This document shows positions 1 to 9,830 of a DNA stretch of 64,000 nt, one piece after another; positions within the stretch are counted from its first letter, which is position 1, and each line of letters opens with the position of its first letter. Position numbers and translations under genes: made by a program. The notes under the pieces were generated by a model. That model did no database searches, was not told where the DNA came from, and was given only the letters and a program-made list of their open reading frames with translations. This DNA is from a bacterium (GTDB lineage Bacteria; Zhuqueibacterota; Zhuqueibacteria; Residuimicrobiales; Krinioviventaceae): positions 640,001-704,000 of the forward strand of contig CAXXMD010000002.1 of NCBI GenBank assembly GCA_963675755.2. The letters are read 5' to 3'.

Positions 1-2
1 AA

Positions 3-275
3 ACAGCCCCGAATCCGGTTTTAACCACGTTGAAATATTTCAGACACGAATACGAGGAACATCTTGAAGGTAAATGTCGTGCAAAAAAATGCTCGGCATT
101 GATCCAATATTCGATAAATGATAACTGTATCGGTTGTACAAAATGTGCTCAGGAATGTCCGGTGGATGCTATTCCTGTTAAACCTTATGAAAAACATGTG
201 ATTGATACCGAATTATGTATAAAATGTGATACCTGTGTACAGGTTTGTCCGGTTAATGCGGTTGAGGTGAATTGA
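3..275 (+). CDS. C-terminal part of a NuoF/HydB-like NADH-binding flavoprotein subunit with a C-terminal 2x[4Fe-4S] domain (5' end outside the window)
   Basis: Frame is open from base 3: TAPNPVLTTLKYFRHEYEEH (NuoF/HydB signature), then CIGCTKCAQECP and CIKCDTCVQVCP ferredoxin motifs. Confidence 0.85.
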   Translation, partial: TAPNPVLTTLKYFRHEYEEHLEGKCRAKKCSALIQYSINDNCIGCTKCAQECPVDAIPVKPYEKHVIDTELCIKCDTCVQVCPVNAVEVN

Positions 276-1840
276 TGTACGAGATAACCATAGACAATAA
301 GAAATTATCGGTTCAACCTGGAACAACTATATTACAGGCAGCAAATAGCTTGAACATTGATATCCCAACCATGTGTTTCCTGGAAGGGCTCGAACCCTTT
401 ACATCTTGCATGGTATGCGTTGTTGAAGATATGAAAAGCGGTAGATTGCTGCCTTCATGCTCCATGCTTGTACAGGATGGGATGATAATAGAATCACATA
501 ATGTTAAGGTTGAACAAGCTCGAAGAGATGCTTTGGAGCTTTTGCTTAGTGAACATGTTGGCGATTGCCAGGCACCTTGTCAAAAGGGTTGTCCTGCATC
601 AATGAATATCCCTTTAATGATCCGTCAAATCGCTGCAGGTGAATTTGATAAAGCCATTCGCACAGTCAAAGCTGATATTGCTTTACCCGCTGTGTTGGGT
701 AGAATTTGTCCTGCTCCTTGCGAAAAAGTTTGTAACCGTGCAAAGATTGATGATCCTGTCTCTATATGTTTGTTGAAACGATTCTCCGCAGACGTTGATA
801 TGCAGGGAGTTACAGCGTTTATACCAGAGTGTGAGCCTGGTAATGGAAAATCGGTTGCGATTATTGGGTCCGGACCTACTGGGCTGTCGGCTGCTTATTA
901 TTTGCGTCAGCTAGGGTATGATTGTACTATATATGAAAAACAGGAATTGGCCGGTGGAATGCTAAGGTATGGCGTAGATCGTGATATATTACCATTGCAA
1001 ATGCTGGATGACGAGATTGCAATCATTGAAAAGATGGGTGTTGAATTCAAGCTGAAAACAGAAATTGGACTAGATATTGCCTTTAAAGAATTACTTGAGA
1101 ACAATGATGCTATTGTATTAGGTACTGGTGCAATAGAACTTGATAAAGTTAATGTTTTTGGTTTGGAACACACAGAGAAGGGTTTCAGTGTCAACACCAA
1201 AACCCACGAGTCCAGTACTGCAGGAGTTTTTGTCGGCGGCAGTGCTATACGAGAAAGCAAAATGGCAATACGTTCCAGTGCTCATGGAAAACAGATCGCT
1301 GTTAATATTGATCGTTATCTAAATGGATTATCACTAGAGGCCGATTCCAGATTTGAATCCCGAATTGGCAAACTGGCCCGAAATGACCTTGAAGCGCTAC
1401 TTTCTCAGGCAGATGACCGGGAACAAATTAAAATTGAAAAGAGTAGGGGATTCGAGTCAAGTGAAGCTTTAAATGAGGCAAATCGTTGTATGCATTGTGA
1501 TTGCCGCAAACCTGACACATGTAAGCTTCGTATTTATTCGCAGGAATATCACGTTGACCAAAAGCATTACAAGGGTAAAGATCGAAATGATTTGAAATTT
1601 ATCGATCAGCATGCTAATGTTGTTTTTGAACCGGGAAAATGTATCAAATGTGGTATTTGTGTACAGATTACTGAAAAGTATGGTGAAAACCTGGGATTCA
1701 CTTTTATCGGAAGAGGATTCAACGTGCAAATTCAGGTCCCGTTTAATTCAGAGTTGAGCCAGGCACTTGAAAAATCAGCAAAAGAATGTGTAGAATCTTG
1801 TCCTACTGCTGCATTATCATTTAAAAAAGATATAATATGA
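275..1840 (+). CDS. NuoG-N-like [2Fe-2S] domain + GltD/SudA-like FAD/Fe-S oxidoreductase + C-terminal ferredoxin-like domain
   Basis: IPTMC..SCMVC..PSC 2Fe-2S motif; APCQKGCP and GRICPAPCEKVC GltD Fe-S motifs; IIGSGPTGL FAD Rossmann motif; CIKCGIC...CPT; ATG overlaps the upstream TGA. Confidence 0.85.
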   Translation: MYEITIDNKKLSVQPGTTILQAANSLNIDIPTMCFLEGLEPFTSCMVCVVEDMKSGRLLPSCSMLVQDGMIIESHNVKVEQARRDALELLLSEHVGDCQAPCQKGCPASMNIPLMIRQIAAGEFDKAIRTVKADIALPAVLGRICPAPCEKVCNRAKIDDPVSICLLKRFSADVDMQGVTAFIPECEPGNGKSVAIIGSGPTGLSAAYYLRQLGYDCTIYEKQELAGGMLRYGVDRDILPLQMLDDEIAIIEKMGVEFKLKTEIGLDIAFKELLENNDAIVLGTGAIELDKVNVFGLEHTEKGFSVNTKTHESSTAGVFVGGSAIRESKMAIRSSAHGKQIAVNIDRYLNGLSLEADSRFESRIGKLARNDLEALLSQADDREQIKIEKSRGFESSEALNEANRCMHCDCRKPDTCKLRIYSQEYHVDQKHYKGKDRNDLKFIDQHANVVFEPGKCIKCGICVQITEKYGENLGFTFIGRGFNVQIQVPFNSELSQALEKSAKECVESCPTAALSFKKDII

Positions 1841-2985
1841 AAAAAATACTCGTATTGTTTAGTTTATTCATGTTCTTGACCGGGTGTCAAAAATCCAATA
1901 CAATTCAACCTGAACAACCTGCAAATCCATCAGAATGGACTTTTTTCCGCGGTAATTCTCAATTAACGGGCGTTGCTGGTGGTAAAATGTCTGAAAATTT
2001 GTCAATGTTGTGGTCATTTGAGACCGGCGATGATGTACGTTCTACACCCATAATATCAAATAATACTGTTTTTGTAGGATCAACAGATAAAAATATGTAT
2101 GCATTATCCCTGGAAGACGGTTCTGTCATCTGGACGTTTACTATGGAAGATGATATTGAAGCCCCTGCATTGTATTATGATGGAATTGTATATGCAGGTT
2201 CTCTGGATGGTACATTTTACGCCCTGTCAGCAGATAGCGGTAAAGTGATTTGGTCTGTAGAGACAGGGGATCAGATACTGGGAGCACCCAACATCTATTT
2301 TAATGCAGCAAAAAAAGCCCGTATTCTTGTTGGCAGTTATGATTTTAAAATGTATTGTTACGATGCCAAAACCGGAAGCCCTGTCTGGTCTTATGAAACG
2401 GAAAATTTTATTAATGGAGCTCCGGCAACAGATGGAAGGCGCATTGTTTTTGGTGGATGTGATGAATTTCTCCATGTAGTGGATGTAAATTCGGGTAAAA
2501 AGATAGCTGCTGTTCCTGCTGGTTCGTATATTGCCGCGTCGGCTGCTATATATGACCACTTTGCGTATGTAGGACATTATGATTCAAAATTAATCTGCAT
2601 TGATCTTGATCAGCAATCTGTTATTTGGGAATATGGAGATGAAGAAAATGGAGCACCGTTCTTTTCTTCTCCTGCGGTTACCGATAAATATGTTATTGCA
2701 GGTTCTCGGGATGATTATGTGCATTGTGTTGATCGTCAAACAGGTAAACCGGTTTGGAAATTCAAAACCCTTGATCAGGTTGACAGCTCTCCGATAGTCA
2801 TCGACAACAAGGTAATCGTTGGTTCTGAAGACGGACGTTTATATATGTTAAGTCTTGAAGAGGGTATACAGTTGTGGTCTTTTGAAATTGGCAGTTCAAT
2901 TATTGGTTCTCCCGCAGTTGCCGATGGGAAAATAATTGTTGGAGCAGATGACGGCAGAATCTATGCTTTTGGAGAAAAAGAATGA
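1837..2985 (+). CDS. PQQ-like/BamB-like beta-propeller lipoprotein
   Basis: Lipobox LTGC; WTFFRGN motif; about 8 repeats of SSPxIxDxxVxVGSxDGxxYAL..GxxxW. Confidence 0.85.
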   Translation: MKKILVLFSLFMFLTGCQKSNTIQPEQPANPSEWTFFRGNSQLTGVAGGKMSENLSMLWSFETGDDVRSTPIISNNTVFVGSTDKNMYALSLEDGSVIWTFTMEDDIEAPALYYDGIVYAGSLDGTFYALSADSGKVIWSVETGDQILGAPNIYFNAAKKARILVGSYDFKMYCYDAKTGSPVWSYETENFINGAPATDGRRIVFGGCDEFLHVVDVNSGKKIAAVPAGSYIAASAAIYDHFAYVGHYDSKLICIDLDQQSVIWEYGDEENGAPFFSSPAVTDKYVIAGSRDDYVHCVDRQTGKPVWKFKTLDQVDSSPIVIDNKVIVGSEDGRLYMLSLEEGIQLWSFEIGSSIIGSPAVADGKIIVGADDGRIYAFGEKE

Positions 2986-4268
2986 AAATTGTACATATAG
3001 TACCCGGTTCCGGAAATACTTTTTATTGTCAGAATTGTATGCGTGATAATACACTGGTTACCGCATTGCGTAACAGAGGTCACGATGTAACAGCCATCCC
3101 CATGTATCTGCCATTATTTGTGGATGATAATGAATTTGAAGAGGAAACACCTGTATTTTATGGAGCCATCAATACTTATCTCAAGCAGGTGATGCCTATT
3201 TATCGCAAAGCACCTGTTTGGTTGGAAAAAGTTTTTGATTCCAGATTTTTACTAAAGCTGGCTGCTAAAAAATCAGGCTCTACTGATGCAGCAGGACTAG
3301 AAGATATGACCATTTCCATGATTAAGGGAGAAGAAGGAAATCAATCAACAGAACTGGACCATTTGATATCATGGCTGCGTGATCACGCCAAACCGGATGT
3401 AGTGCATCTATCAAACGCTCTTTTATTAGGCCTTGCTCATAATATTAAAAACAAGCTTGGGATTCCTGTTGTTTGTTCATTGCAGGATGAGCATCAATGG
3501 GTAGATCCCATGCGTCCGGAATATCAGGAAAAAGTCTGGCAGCTCATGGCTGAAAAAGGCAAAGATGTTGTCGCTTATACTCCCGTAAGTCATTATTATT
3601 CCGAGCGTATGAAAAAAATAATGGATATACCTGATGAAAAAATGCATGTCATCCATGTAGGATTGGACTTGGAAAAATACAATCCCACAGAGCTGCCCAT
3701 GGATCCTCCTGTGATTGGCTATTTATCCCGAATTCATAAGGATTCAGGATTAGGTATTCTTGTAGACGCTTTTATTGAATTGAAAAAAGATAAAAAGTTT
3801 GAAAATGTTCAATTGCATATAACTGGCGGTAAAACAACTGACGATCAGCAATTTTACAATTCTATTAAATCAAAATTAGTGGATAATAATTGCTGGAATG
3901 ATGTTGTAATATATGATTCTTTTGACAAAGATAGCAGATTAAAGTTTTTTGAAGCTATTACTGTTTTATCGGTTCCTGTTCCGCAAGGAGAGGCGTTTGG
4001 CGTATATTTGATTGAAGCTTTTGCATCAGGGGTTCCAGTTGTGCAACCCAGGGTAGGCGCTTTTCCGGAACTGATTGACATGGCAGGTGGGGGCACAATT
4101 TATGAACCCAATGAACCTCACAATTTATCTGATGCATTAAAATCAATATTTAGCAATCCTGAACAGGCTATTCAACTGGGTAAGCAAGGCAGTGAAAATG
4201 CCTGTAAATACTTTTGTATAGAAAAAATGGCCGATGATATGGTCAAACTGTATGAAACATTAATCTGA
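2982..4268 (+). CDS. Glycosyltransferase family 4 (GT-B)
   Basis: GYLSRI..G and EAFGVYLIEAFASGVPVV signature; unusual N-terminal FYCQNC. Confidence 0.85.
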   Translation: MKIVHIVPGSGNTFYCQNCMRDNTLVTALRNRGHDVTAIPMYLPLFVDDNEFEEETPVFYGAINTYLKQVMPIYRKAPVWLEKVFDSRFLLKLAAKKSGSTDAAGLEDMTISMIKGEEGNQSTELDHLISWLRDHAKPDVVHLSNALLLGLAHNIKNKLGIPVVCSLQDEHQWVDPMRPEYQEKVWQLMAEKGKDVVAYTPVSHYYSERMKKIMDIPDEKMHVIHVGLDLEKYNPTELPMDPPVIGYLSRIHKDSGLGILVDAFIELKKDKKFENVQLHITGGKTTDDQQFYNSIKSKLVDNNCWNDVVIYDSFDKDSRLKFFEAITVLSVPVPQGEAFGVYLIEAFASGVPVVQPRVGAFPELIDMAGGGTIYEPNEPHNLSDALKSIFSNPEQAIQLGKQGSENACKYFCIEKMADDMVKLYETLI

Positions 4269-4282
4269 TATTGGAAGATCTC

Positions 4283-4981
4283 ATGTCTGTACATCCAATA
4301 CTTTTTGAATTAAGAAATGTCACCAAGTCCTACGTTATTGAAAAGGTTACAGATTATACTGTATTAAAGAATATCATGCTGACCCTTCATTCCGGTCAAA
4401 CTGTAGCTATAACCGGTCCATCCGGATCAGGCAAAAGTACGATGTTGAACATTCTAGGCACACTTGATAAACCCAGTGAGGGTGATGTATTTTTCCGTGA
4501 TCAGAATATTACCGAGTTGTCTACAAATGACCTGGCACGAATCCGCAATCAGGATATCGGTTTTATATTTCAATTACATCATCTCTTGCCACAATGTACC
4601 GTTCTTGAGAATGTTTTGATTCCTGTATTAGCTTTTGGAAACAGCGATGACATTGATAAAGCCACACATCGGGCAGAGGTTCTTTTAACACGGGTCGGGT
4701 TGGGACAGCATATGAACAGCATGCCTGGCACTTTATCCGGTGGTGAGAGTCAACGTGTGGCTGTCGTTCGAGCTTTGATCAATAATCCATCTATTTTACT
4801 GGCTGATGAACCGACAGGTTCGCTGGATCAGGATAACGCCAAAAGTTTAATGGAGTTGCTTGTTGATTTGAATAATGAAGAAAACACTACACTTGTTGTT
4901 GTGACTCATTCCAATGAACTGGCAAAAATGATGAATTCTGTTTATCACCTGCAAAATGGACAATTAGAAAAACAACAATGA
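4283..4981 (+). CDS. LolD/MacB-type ABC transporter ATP-binding protein
   Basis: Walker A GPSGSGKST, LSGGESQR signature, LLADEPTG Walker B, VTH. Confidence 0.92.
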   Translation: MSVHPILFELRNVTKSYVIEKVTDYTVLKNIMLTLHSGQTVAITGPSGSGKSTMLNILGTLDKPSEGDVFFRDQNITELSTNDLARIRNQDIGFIFQLHHLLPQCTVLENVLIPVLAFGNSDDIDKATHRAEVLLTRVGLGQHMNSMPGTLSGGESQRVAVVRALINNPSILLADEPTGSLDQDNAKSLMELLVDLNNEENTTLVVVTHSNELAKMMNSVYHLQNGQLEKQQ

Positions 4982-7900
4982 ATTTCTTTAAATTAATTGT
5001 TAACAATTTCAAATATTTTCTCCATTCCCAACATATTCCAATGGCACTTGGAACCATGATAACTTCGGGGGTTCTGATTGGTGCGCTTATCGTTGGTGAT
5101 TCTGTCAAAGAGAGTCTGGTAAATATTACATATAACCGACTTGGCAATGTTACACATGCTATTGATAGCGGTGATCGGTATTTTCGGTATCAACTTGCTG
5201 ATGAGATTGAAAATGAACTTGAAATTCCAATTGCGCCTGTTTTAAAATTAAATGGATTTGCCATCAAGGACGGGGGAGAGCAACGCGTAAATCAAGCCCA
5301 GATCCTTGGCATTGACAAACGTTTTTGGAATTTAGCCCCCAATTACCCAAACTTTTCCGAACCTGCACAAAACACAGTTTTGATAAATGAAAAGCTGGCA
5401 AATCAACTTGATCTGCATATTGACGACGAGTTTCTACTCCGGGTCAAGAGTATTGATTATTTCCCGGTAGATGCTCCTTTTGCACTGGACATTCAGCATA
5501 CAGCATCAATCCGAGTCAAGGTTGCCGGCATTGTTTCTGATAATCAATTAGGACGTTTTAATTTACAGGCAAATCAGACATCTCCCTTTAATATCTTTGT
5601 AAATTATAACCAACTTGCCACACTTGTAGATATACCTGATAAATGCAACACTCTATTATTTAACCTTAATCTACGCAACTCTATATCATTTAACGAGTTG
5701 AGTGGTTCACTTAAATTTAATTTCAATTTTGCCGATGCTTCTCTCAGTTTATCAAGGGATAGTGGTTCAAAAGAAGTAATATTGAAATCAGATCGGATTT
5801 TTTTAGAGCCAGTAATTGGAGATTTGCTTGAGCAATCTGGATTGGAAAATCAACAATATTTTACCTATTTTGTAAATGCTCTAAAAACATCAACACACAG
5901 TACACCATATTCATTTGTTTCATCATTGGATACTGATGCTTCAATAAAGATAAAAAACGATGAAATTGTCATCAACTCCTGGCTGGCAAGAGATTTGAAT
6001 GTAAGCAAAGGCGATTCTCTGACTTTGGATTATTTCATTGTTGGAACCAATCGTGATTTAATTTTGGAATCCTCTGTCTTTAAAATTCATTCAATTATTG
6101 GGATGCCCCAGGCTCAAAGAGCATTGAAACTCTTGCCTGATTTTCCCGGCTTGACAGAATCAGAAAATTGCCGCGACTGGGACCCAGGGATCCCCATTGA
6201 TCTGGATATGATCCGTGATAAAGATGAAGTATACTGGGACGAGTATCATGGTACCCCCAAAGCATTTATTAATTTAGACAAAGCACAGGAATTGTGGGGA
6301 AACCGGTTTGGTAACATGACGGCGGTGAAATTTACCAATGATAAATACACATTATCCCTTATTGAAAACAAAATATTGGATAAATCTACACCATCGTTGT
6401 TCGGGATTAACATTAAACCGGTTTTAGACGAGGGTTTAGCTGCCAGTAAGAACGGTGTGGACTTTGGAGAGCTGTTTTTAAGCCTGAGTTTCTTTATTAT
6501 TGCCGCATCTTTGATACTGACTGGTCTATTATATGTTTTCAGCCTGGAGCAGCGCAAGGGAGAAACAGGATTATACCTGGCATTGGGCTATAGACCTATT
6601 CAAATTAAGTTATTGTTCTTTTTTGAATTTTTTATAACTGCAGTCATTGGAGTTTTACTGGGTTCAGGTGTAGGAATTCTATATGATCTTTTTATTTTAA
6701 AAGCCCTGGGTTCTATTTGGATTGGTGCTGTGGGAACCTCTGATTTAATTTTATTTTTAAAACCTGCTACCATTTTGAATGGAATTGGAATTAGCTTGCT
6801 TCTTGTTGTTATTTCTATATTTATCGAATTAAAAAGACAAACCATTGTTCCTGCAACCCGTTTGCAGCGTCGAGGGCAGCCTTACAAAATCAGTAAATTA
6901 AATCCCAAGATTATTCTCTATTTATCTGCAGCTTTGTTTGTAGGTGTTATAATCATCCTGTTCTCGTCTGATCCCGGTCGTGGTAAACAGGCATACGGTG
7001 CTTTTTTCGGTGGTGGAAGCATGTTATTGTTAATGGGGCACCTTTTATTTTATTATTTTATTACCCAAAAAGGAAAATCTCCCAACAGTCATGTTCAATC
7101 CATTTTCAAGCTGGCATTTAGTAATACAGGACGAACACGCAGCAAGAGTATCGCTATTACTGCCATCCTGGCTATTGGCGTTTTTCTGGTTATAACCGTG
7201 GGAGCGAATCGTCATGGTACTTTGGTACATTCGGATTTACGCTCTTCGGGTACTGGGGGATTTGAATATTGGTTTACAACCACATCACCTGTATTGCAGG
7301 ACCTGAACAGTATTGATGGTAAAGATTATATTGGAATTGATACCAGAAACGATTCTGTTTTGTTTTTAACCATGCGCCATAATATTATTGACGACGCGAG
7401 TTGTTTAAATCTGAATATGGTTAAAAATCCTAGTATTATTGGAATTAATGCCAATGTATTAGATTCGTTGCAGGCTTTTACATTTATCAAAACGTTAGAC
7501 AGGCAACATAAAACAAATCCCTGGTTAACATTAAACAAAAGATATGGAGATAACATTATTCCTGCTGTTGCAGATGAAACGGTATTGGTATGGGGCCTTG
7601 GAAAAGCTGTAGGAGATACCTTGTATTATACCAGCGAAAATGGTCAGGAATTAAAAGTATTAATAGTTGGCAGTTTAGCTGGCTCTGTATTTCAGGGCAA
7701 CATATTGATCTCTGAAGATAATTTTGTTTCCAATTATCCTTCCATTGGCGGTTACAGGATCTTTTTGGCAGACATACCAGTATCGTTAACGAAGCAATTT
7801 GAATTGAATGTACCCCGCTTACTAATGGATCATGGAATAGAATGGATGCCGGCTTATGAACGTCTTGCGCAGTTTCACACAATTGAAAATACCTATCTAT

Positions 7901-8271
7901 CCATTTTCCTAATCCTGGGAGCATTGGGACTCTTGTTGGGAAGCATAGGTTTGGGTATTGTCATTTTAAGAAATATTCTTGAAAGAAGAGCCGAACTCGC
8001 ATTGTTTACTGCTTTGGGATTTACGCTTGACAAGATTAAAAAACTTGTAATCATAGAACATGTAATTCTCTTGATATCCGGTTTAATAATAGGTACATTC
8101 TCGGCTTTGTTTGCCATGATGCCTGTATTCTTTACACCCGGTTCACAGGTACCATACCTCACAGTTATTTTAATAGTACTTGCTTTACCGTTACTGGGTA
8201 CGTTGTGGATATATCTTTTCACCCAACGTGAATTATTAAAACCACTTTTACCCGCGTTAAAAAATGATTAA
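4978..8271 (+). CDS. Large FtsX/MacB-family ABC permease with duplicated FtsX domains
   Basis: Two sets of TM clusters with QRKGETGLYLALGY and ERRAELALFTALGF motifs; large periplasmic loops; ATGA overlap with the ATPase. Confidence 0.88.
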   Translation: MNFFKLIVNNFKYFLHSQHIPMALGTMITSGVLIGALIVGDSVKESLVNITYNRLGNVTHAIDSGDRYFRYQLADEIENELEIPIAPVLKLNGFAIKDGGEQRVNQAQILGIDKRFWNLAPNYPNFSEPAQNTVLINEKLANQLDLHIDDEFLLRVKSIDYFPVDAPFALDIQHTASIRVKVAGIVSDNQLGRFNLQANQTSPFNIFVNYNQLATLVDIPDKCNTLLFNLNLRNSISFNELSGSLKFNFNFADASLSLSRDSGSKEVILKSDRIFLEPVIGDLLEQSGLENQQYFTYFVNALKTSTHSTPYSFVSSLDTDASIKIKNDEIVINSWLARDLNVSKGDSLTLDYFIVGTNRDLILESSVFKIHSIIGMPQAQRALKLLPDFPGLTESENCRDWDPGIPIDLDMIRDKDEVYWDEYHGTPKAFINLDKAQELWGNRFGNMTAVKFTNDKYTLSLIENKILDKSTPSLFGINIKPVLDEGLAASKNGVDFGELFLSLSFFIIAASLILTGLLYVFSLEQRKGETGLYLALGYRPIQIKLLFFFEFFITAVIGVLLGSGVGILYDLFILKALGSIWIGAVGTSDLILFLKPATILNGIGISLLLVVISIFIELKRQTIVPATRLQRRGQPYKISKLNPKIILYLSAALFVGVIIILFSSDPGRGKQAYGAFFGGGSMLLLMGHLLFYYFITQKGKSPNSHVQSIFKLAFSNTGRTRSKSIAITAILAIGVFLVITVGANRHGTLVHSDLRSSGTGGFEYWFTTTSPVLQDLNSIDGKDYIGIDTRNDSVLFLTMRHNIIDDASCLNLNMVKNPSIIGINANVLDSLQAFTFIKTLDRQHKTNPWLTLNKRYGDNIIPAVADETVLVWGLGKAVGDTLYYTSENGQELKVLIVGSLAGSVFQGNILISEDNFVSNYPSIGGYRIFLADIPVSLTKQFELNVPRLLMDHGIEWMPAYERLAQFHTIENTYLSIFLILGALGLLLGSIGLGIVILRNILERRAELALFTALGFTLDKIKKLVIIEHVILLISGLIIGTFSALFAMMPVFFTPGSQVPYLTVILIVLALPLLGTLWIYLFTQRELLKPLLPALKND

Positions 8272-8347
8272 TATCTATATCATTTCACTGGTTTCTGTTT
8301 ATTGTATTTAGTAAATTATCACGCTAAATTTTAATGAACAGGATTAT

Positions 8348-9826
8348 ATGAGTACTTTGCAGGAACAGCAAAACAAATCACAATCCCTTTTGTCCAAAAA
8401 GGGTTTTATCAAAGATACCTTGAAATTAGGCTCAGGAACCGCATTGGGGCAAGTTATTTTGATCCTGTCCATGCCGGTATTGTCCCGCATATATACCCCG
8501 GAGCATTTTGGAATTACTTCTTTATTTCTGGCATTTGTATTAATTCTTTCACGTGTTTCCGGTTTAAGATATGAAATTGCTATCATGTTACCTAAACAGC
8601 AATCCCATGCCAGGATTTTGTTTGTTCTTGTAACCTTTATTACTCTAGTGTTCAGTTTTATAACCGGTTCAGTTTTATGGTTATTCAGGCTACCCATTTC
8701 AGAAGTTTTAAAATCACCACAACTTGCAGATTATATGCTACTTACCGGTCCCGCAATTTTAATTTATGGCATGGTTAACGCCTTTAATTACTGGAATACG
8801 CGTCAAAAACGCTATAAAACATTGGCTGCAGGAAGAATGAGTAATAATGCTGCTTCTACTGTATATCAATTAGCAGGTGGATTTGCCGGGTTTGCATCTT
8901 CCGGTACGTTAATAACAGGTCTTGTATTAGGCAAAATAATTGAATTGATATTGATTTCCGTTAAAGCCATCCCATATTTATTCACATCGTTACCAACCAG
9001 GCTCTATAAAAAAATAGTTGTTCTCGCAAAACGTTATAAAAAATTTCCACAGTTTAATATATGGTCCATTTTAGTAAATAACATTTCCTGGTATGTACCA
9101 TCATTCATGTTGGCAATCTTTTTTTCACCCAAAATAGTTGGCTGGTATGCAATTGGAGAAAGGACTATTCGCGCCCCAATGAACTTTATTGGCCTTGCCA
9201 TTTCACAGGTCTTTTTTCAAAGAGGCTCAGAAGCCAACCGTATGAACAACCTGGACAAGCTTTTCCGTGATACCGTAGGTATGCTTGCACGAATAGGTTT
9301 GTTACCCACAATAATCATTACCTTGTTGGGCAAAGACCTTTTTATTTTGTTATTGGGTGCTGAATGGGCAGAAGCTGGCGTATATGTACAGCTGTTGGGC
9401 TTGTGGGCATTTATTTGGTTCATTGCGTCACCGGTTTCTCCAATAATCAGTATTATAGAAAAACAGGAGATGGGACTCTTGTTTAATTCAATAATTCTGA
9501 TTTCACGTCTGTTTGCCTTGGTAATTGGAGGTATTTTAAAAAGCCCCATAATTGCAATTGCATTATTGGGTGTGAGCGGTATTCTTTCATATTGCGCATT
9601 ATTATTCTGGATTGGTAAAAGTGTAAACGTATCCATTACAGAAACATTAGGGCTTTTGTTCAAAAATAATATACTCTGGAGTTTATTTACAACAATATGT
9701 GTTTTATTGTTCAAATATTTTCATTTGTCAATTTATTTGATTATCTTTTTTACTGTTATTGTTCTTGCTATATATTATTTTAAACTCTTGCAAAAAAATA
9801 AAAAAATATTCTACGCAAAATCATAA
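8348..9826 (+). CDS. Wzx-type oligosaccharide flippase
   Basis: Polytopic membrane protein; MPVLSRIYTPEHFG, LRYEIAI and KRYKKFP motifs typical of polysaccharide flippases. Confidence 0.85.
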   Translation: MSTLQEQQNKSQSLLSKKGFIKDTLKLGSGTALGQVILILSMPVLSRIYTPEHFGITSLFLAFVLILSRVSGLRYEIAIMLPKQQSHARILFVLVTFITLVFSFITGSVLWLFRLPISEVLKSPQLADYMLLTGPAILIYGMVNAFNYWNTRQKRYKTLAAGRMSNNAASTVYQLAGGFAGFASSGTLITGLVLGKIIELILISVKAIPYLFTSLPTRLYKKIVVLAKRYKKFPQFNIWSILVNNISWYVPSFMLAIFFSPKIVGWYAIGERTIRAPMNFIGLAISQVFFQRGSEANRMNNLDKLFRDTVGMLARIGLLPTIIITLLGKDLFILLLGAEWAEAGVYVQLLGLWAFIWFIASPVSPIISIIEKQEMGLLFNSIILISRLFALVIGGILKSPIIAIALLGVSGILSYCALLFWIGKSVNVSITETLGLLFKNNILWSLFTTICVLLFKYFHLSIYLIIFFTVIVLAIYYFKLLQKNKKIFYAKS

Positions 9827-9830
9827 ACTT

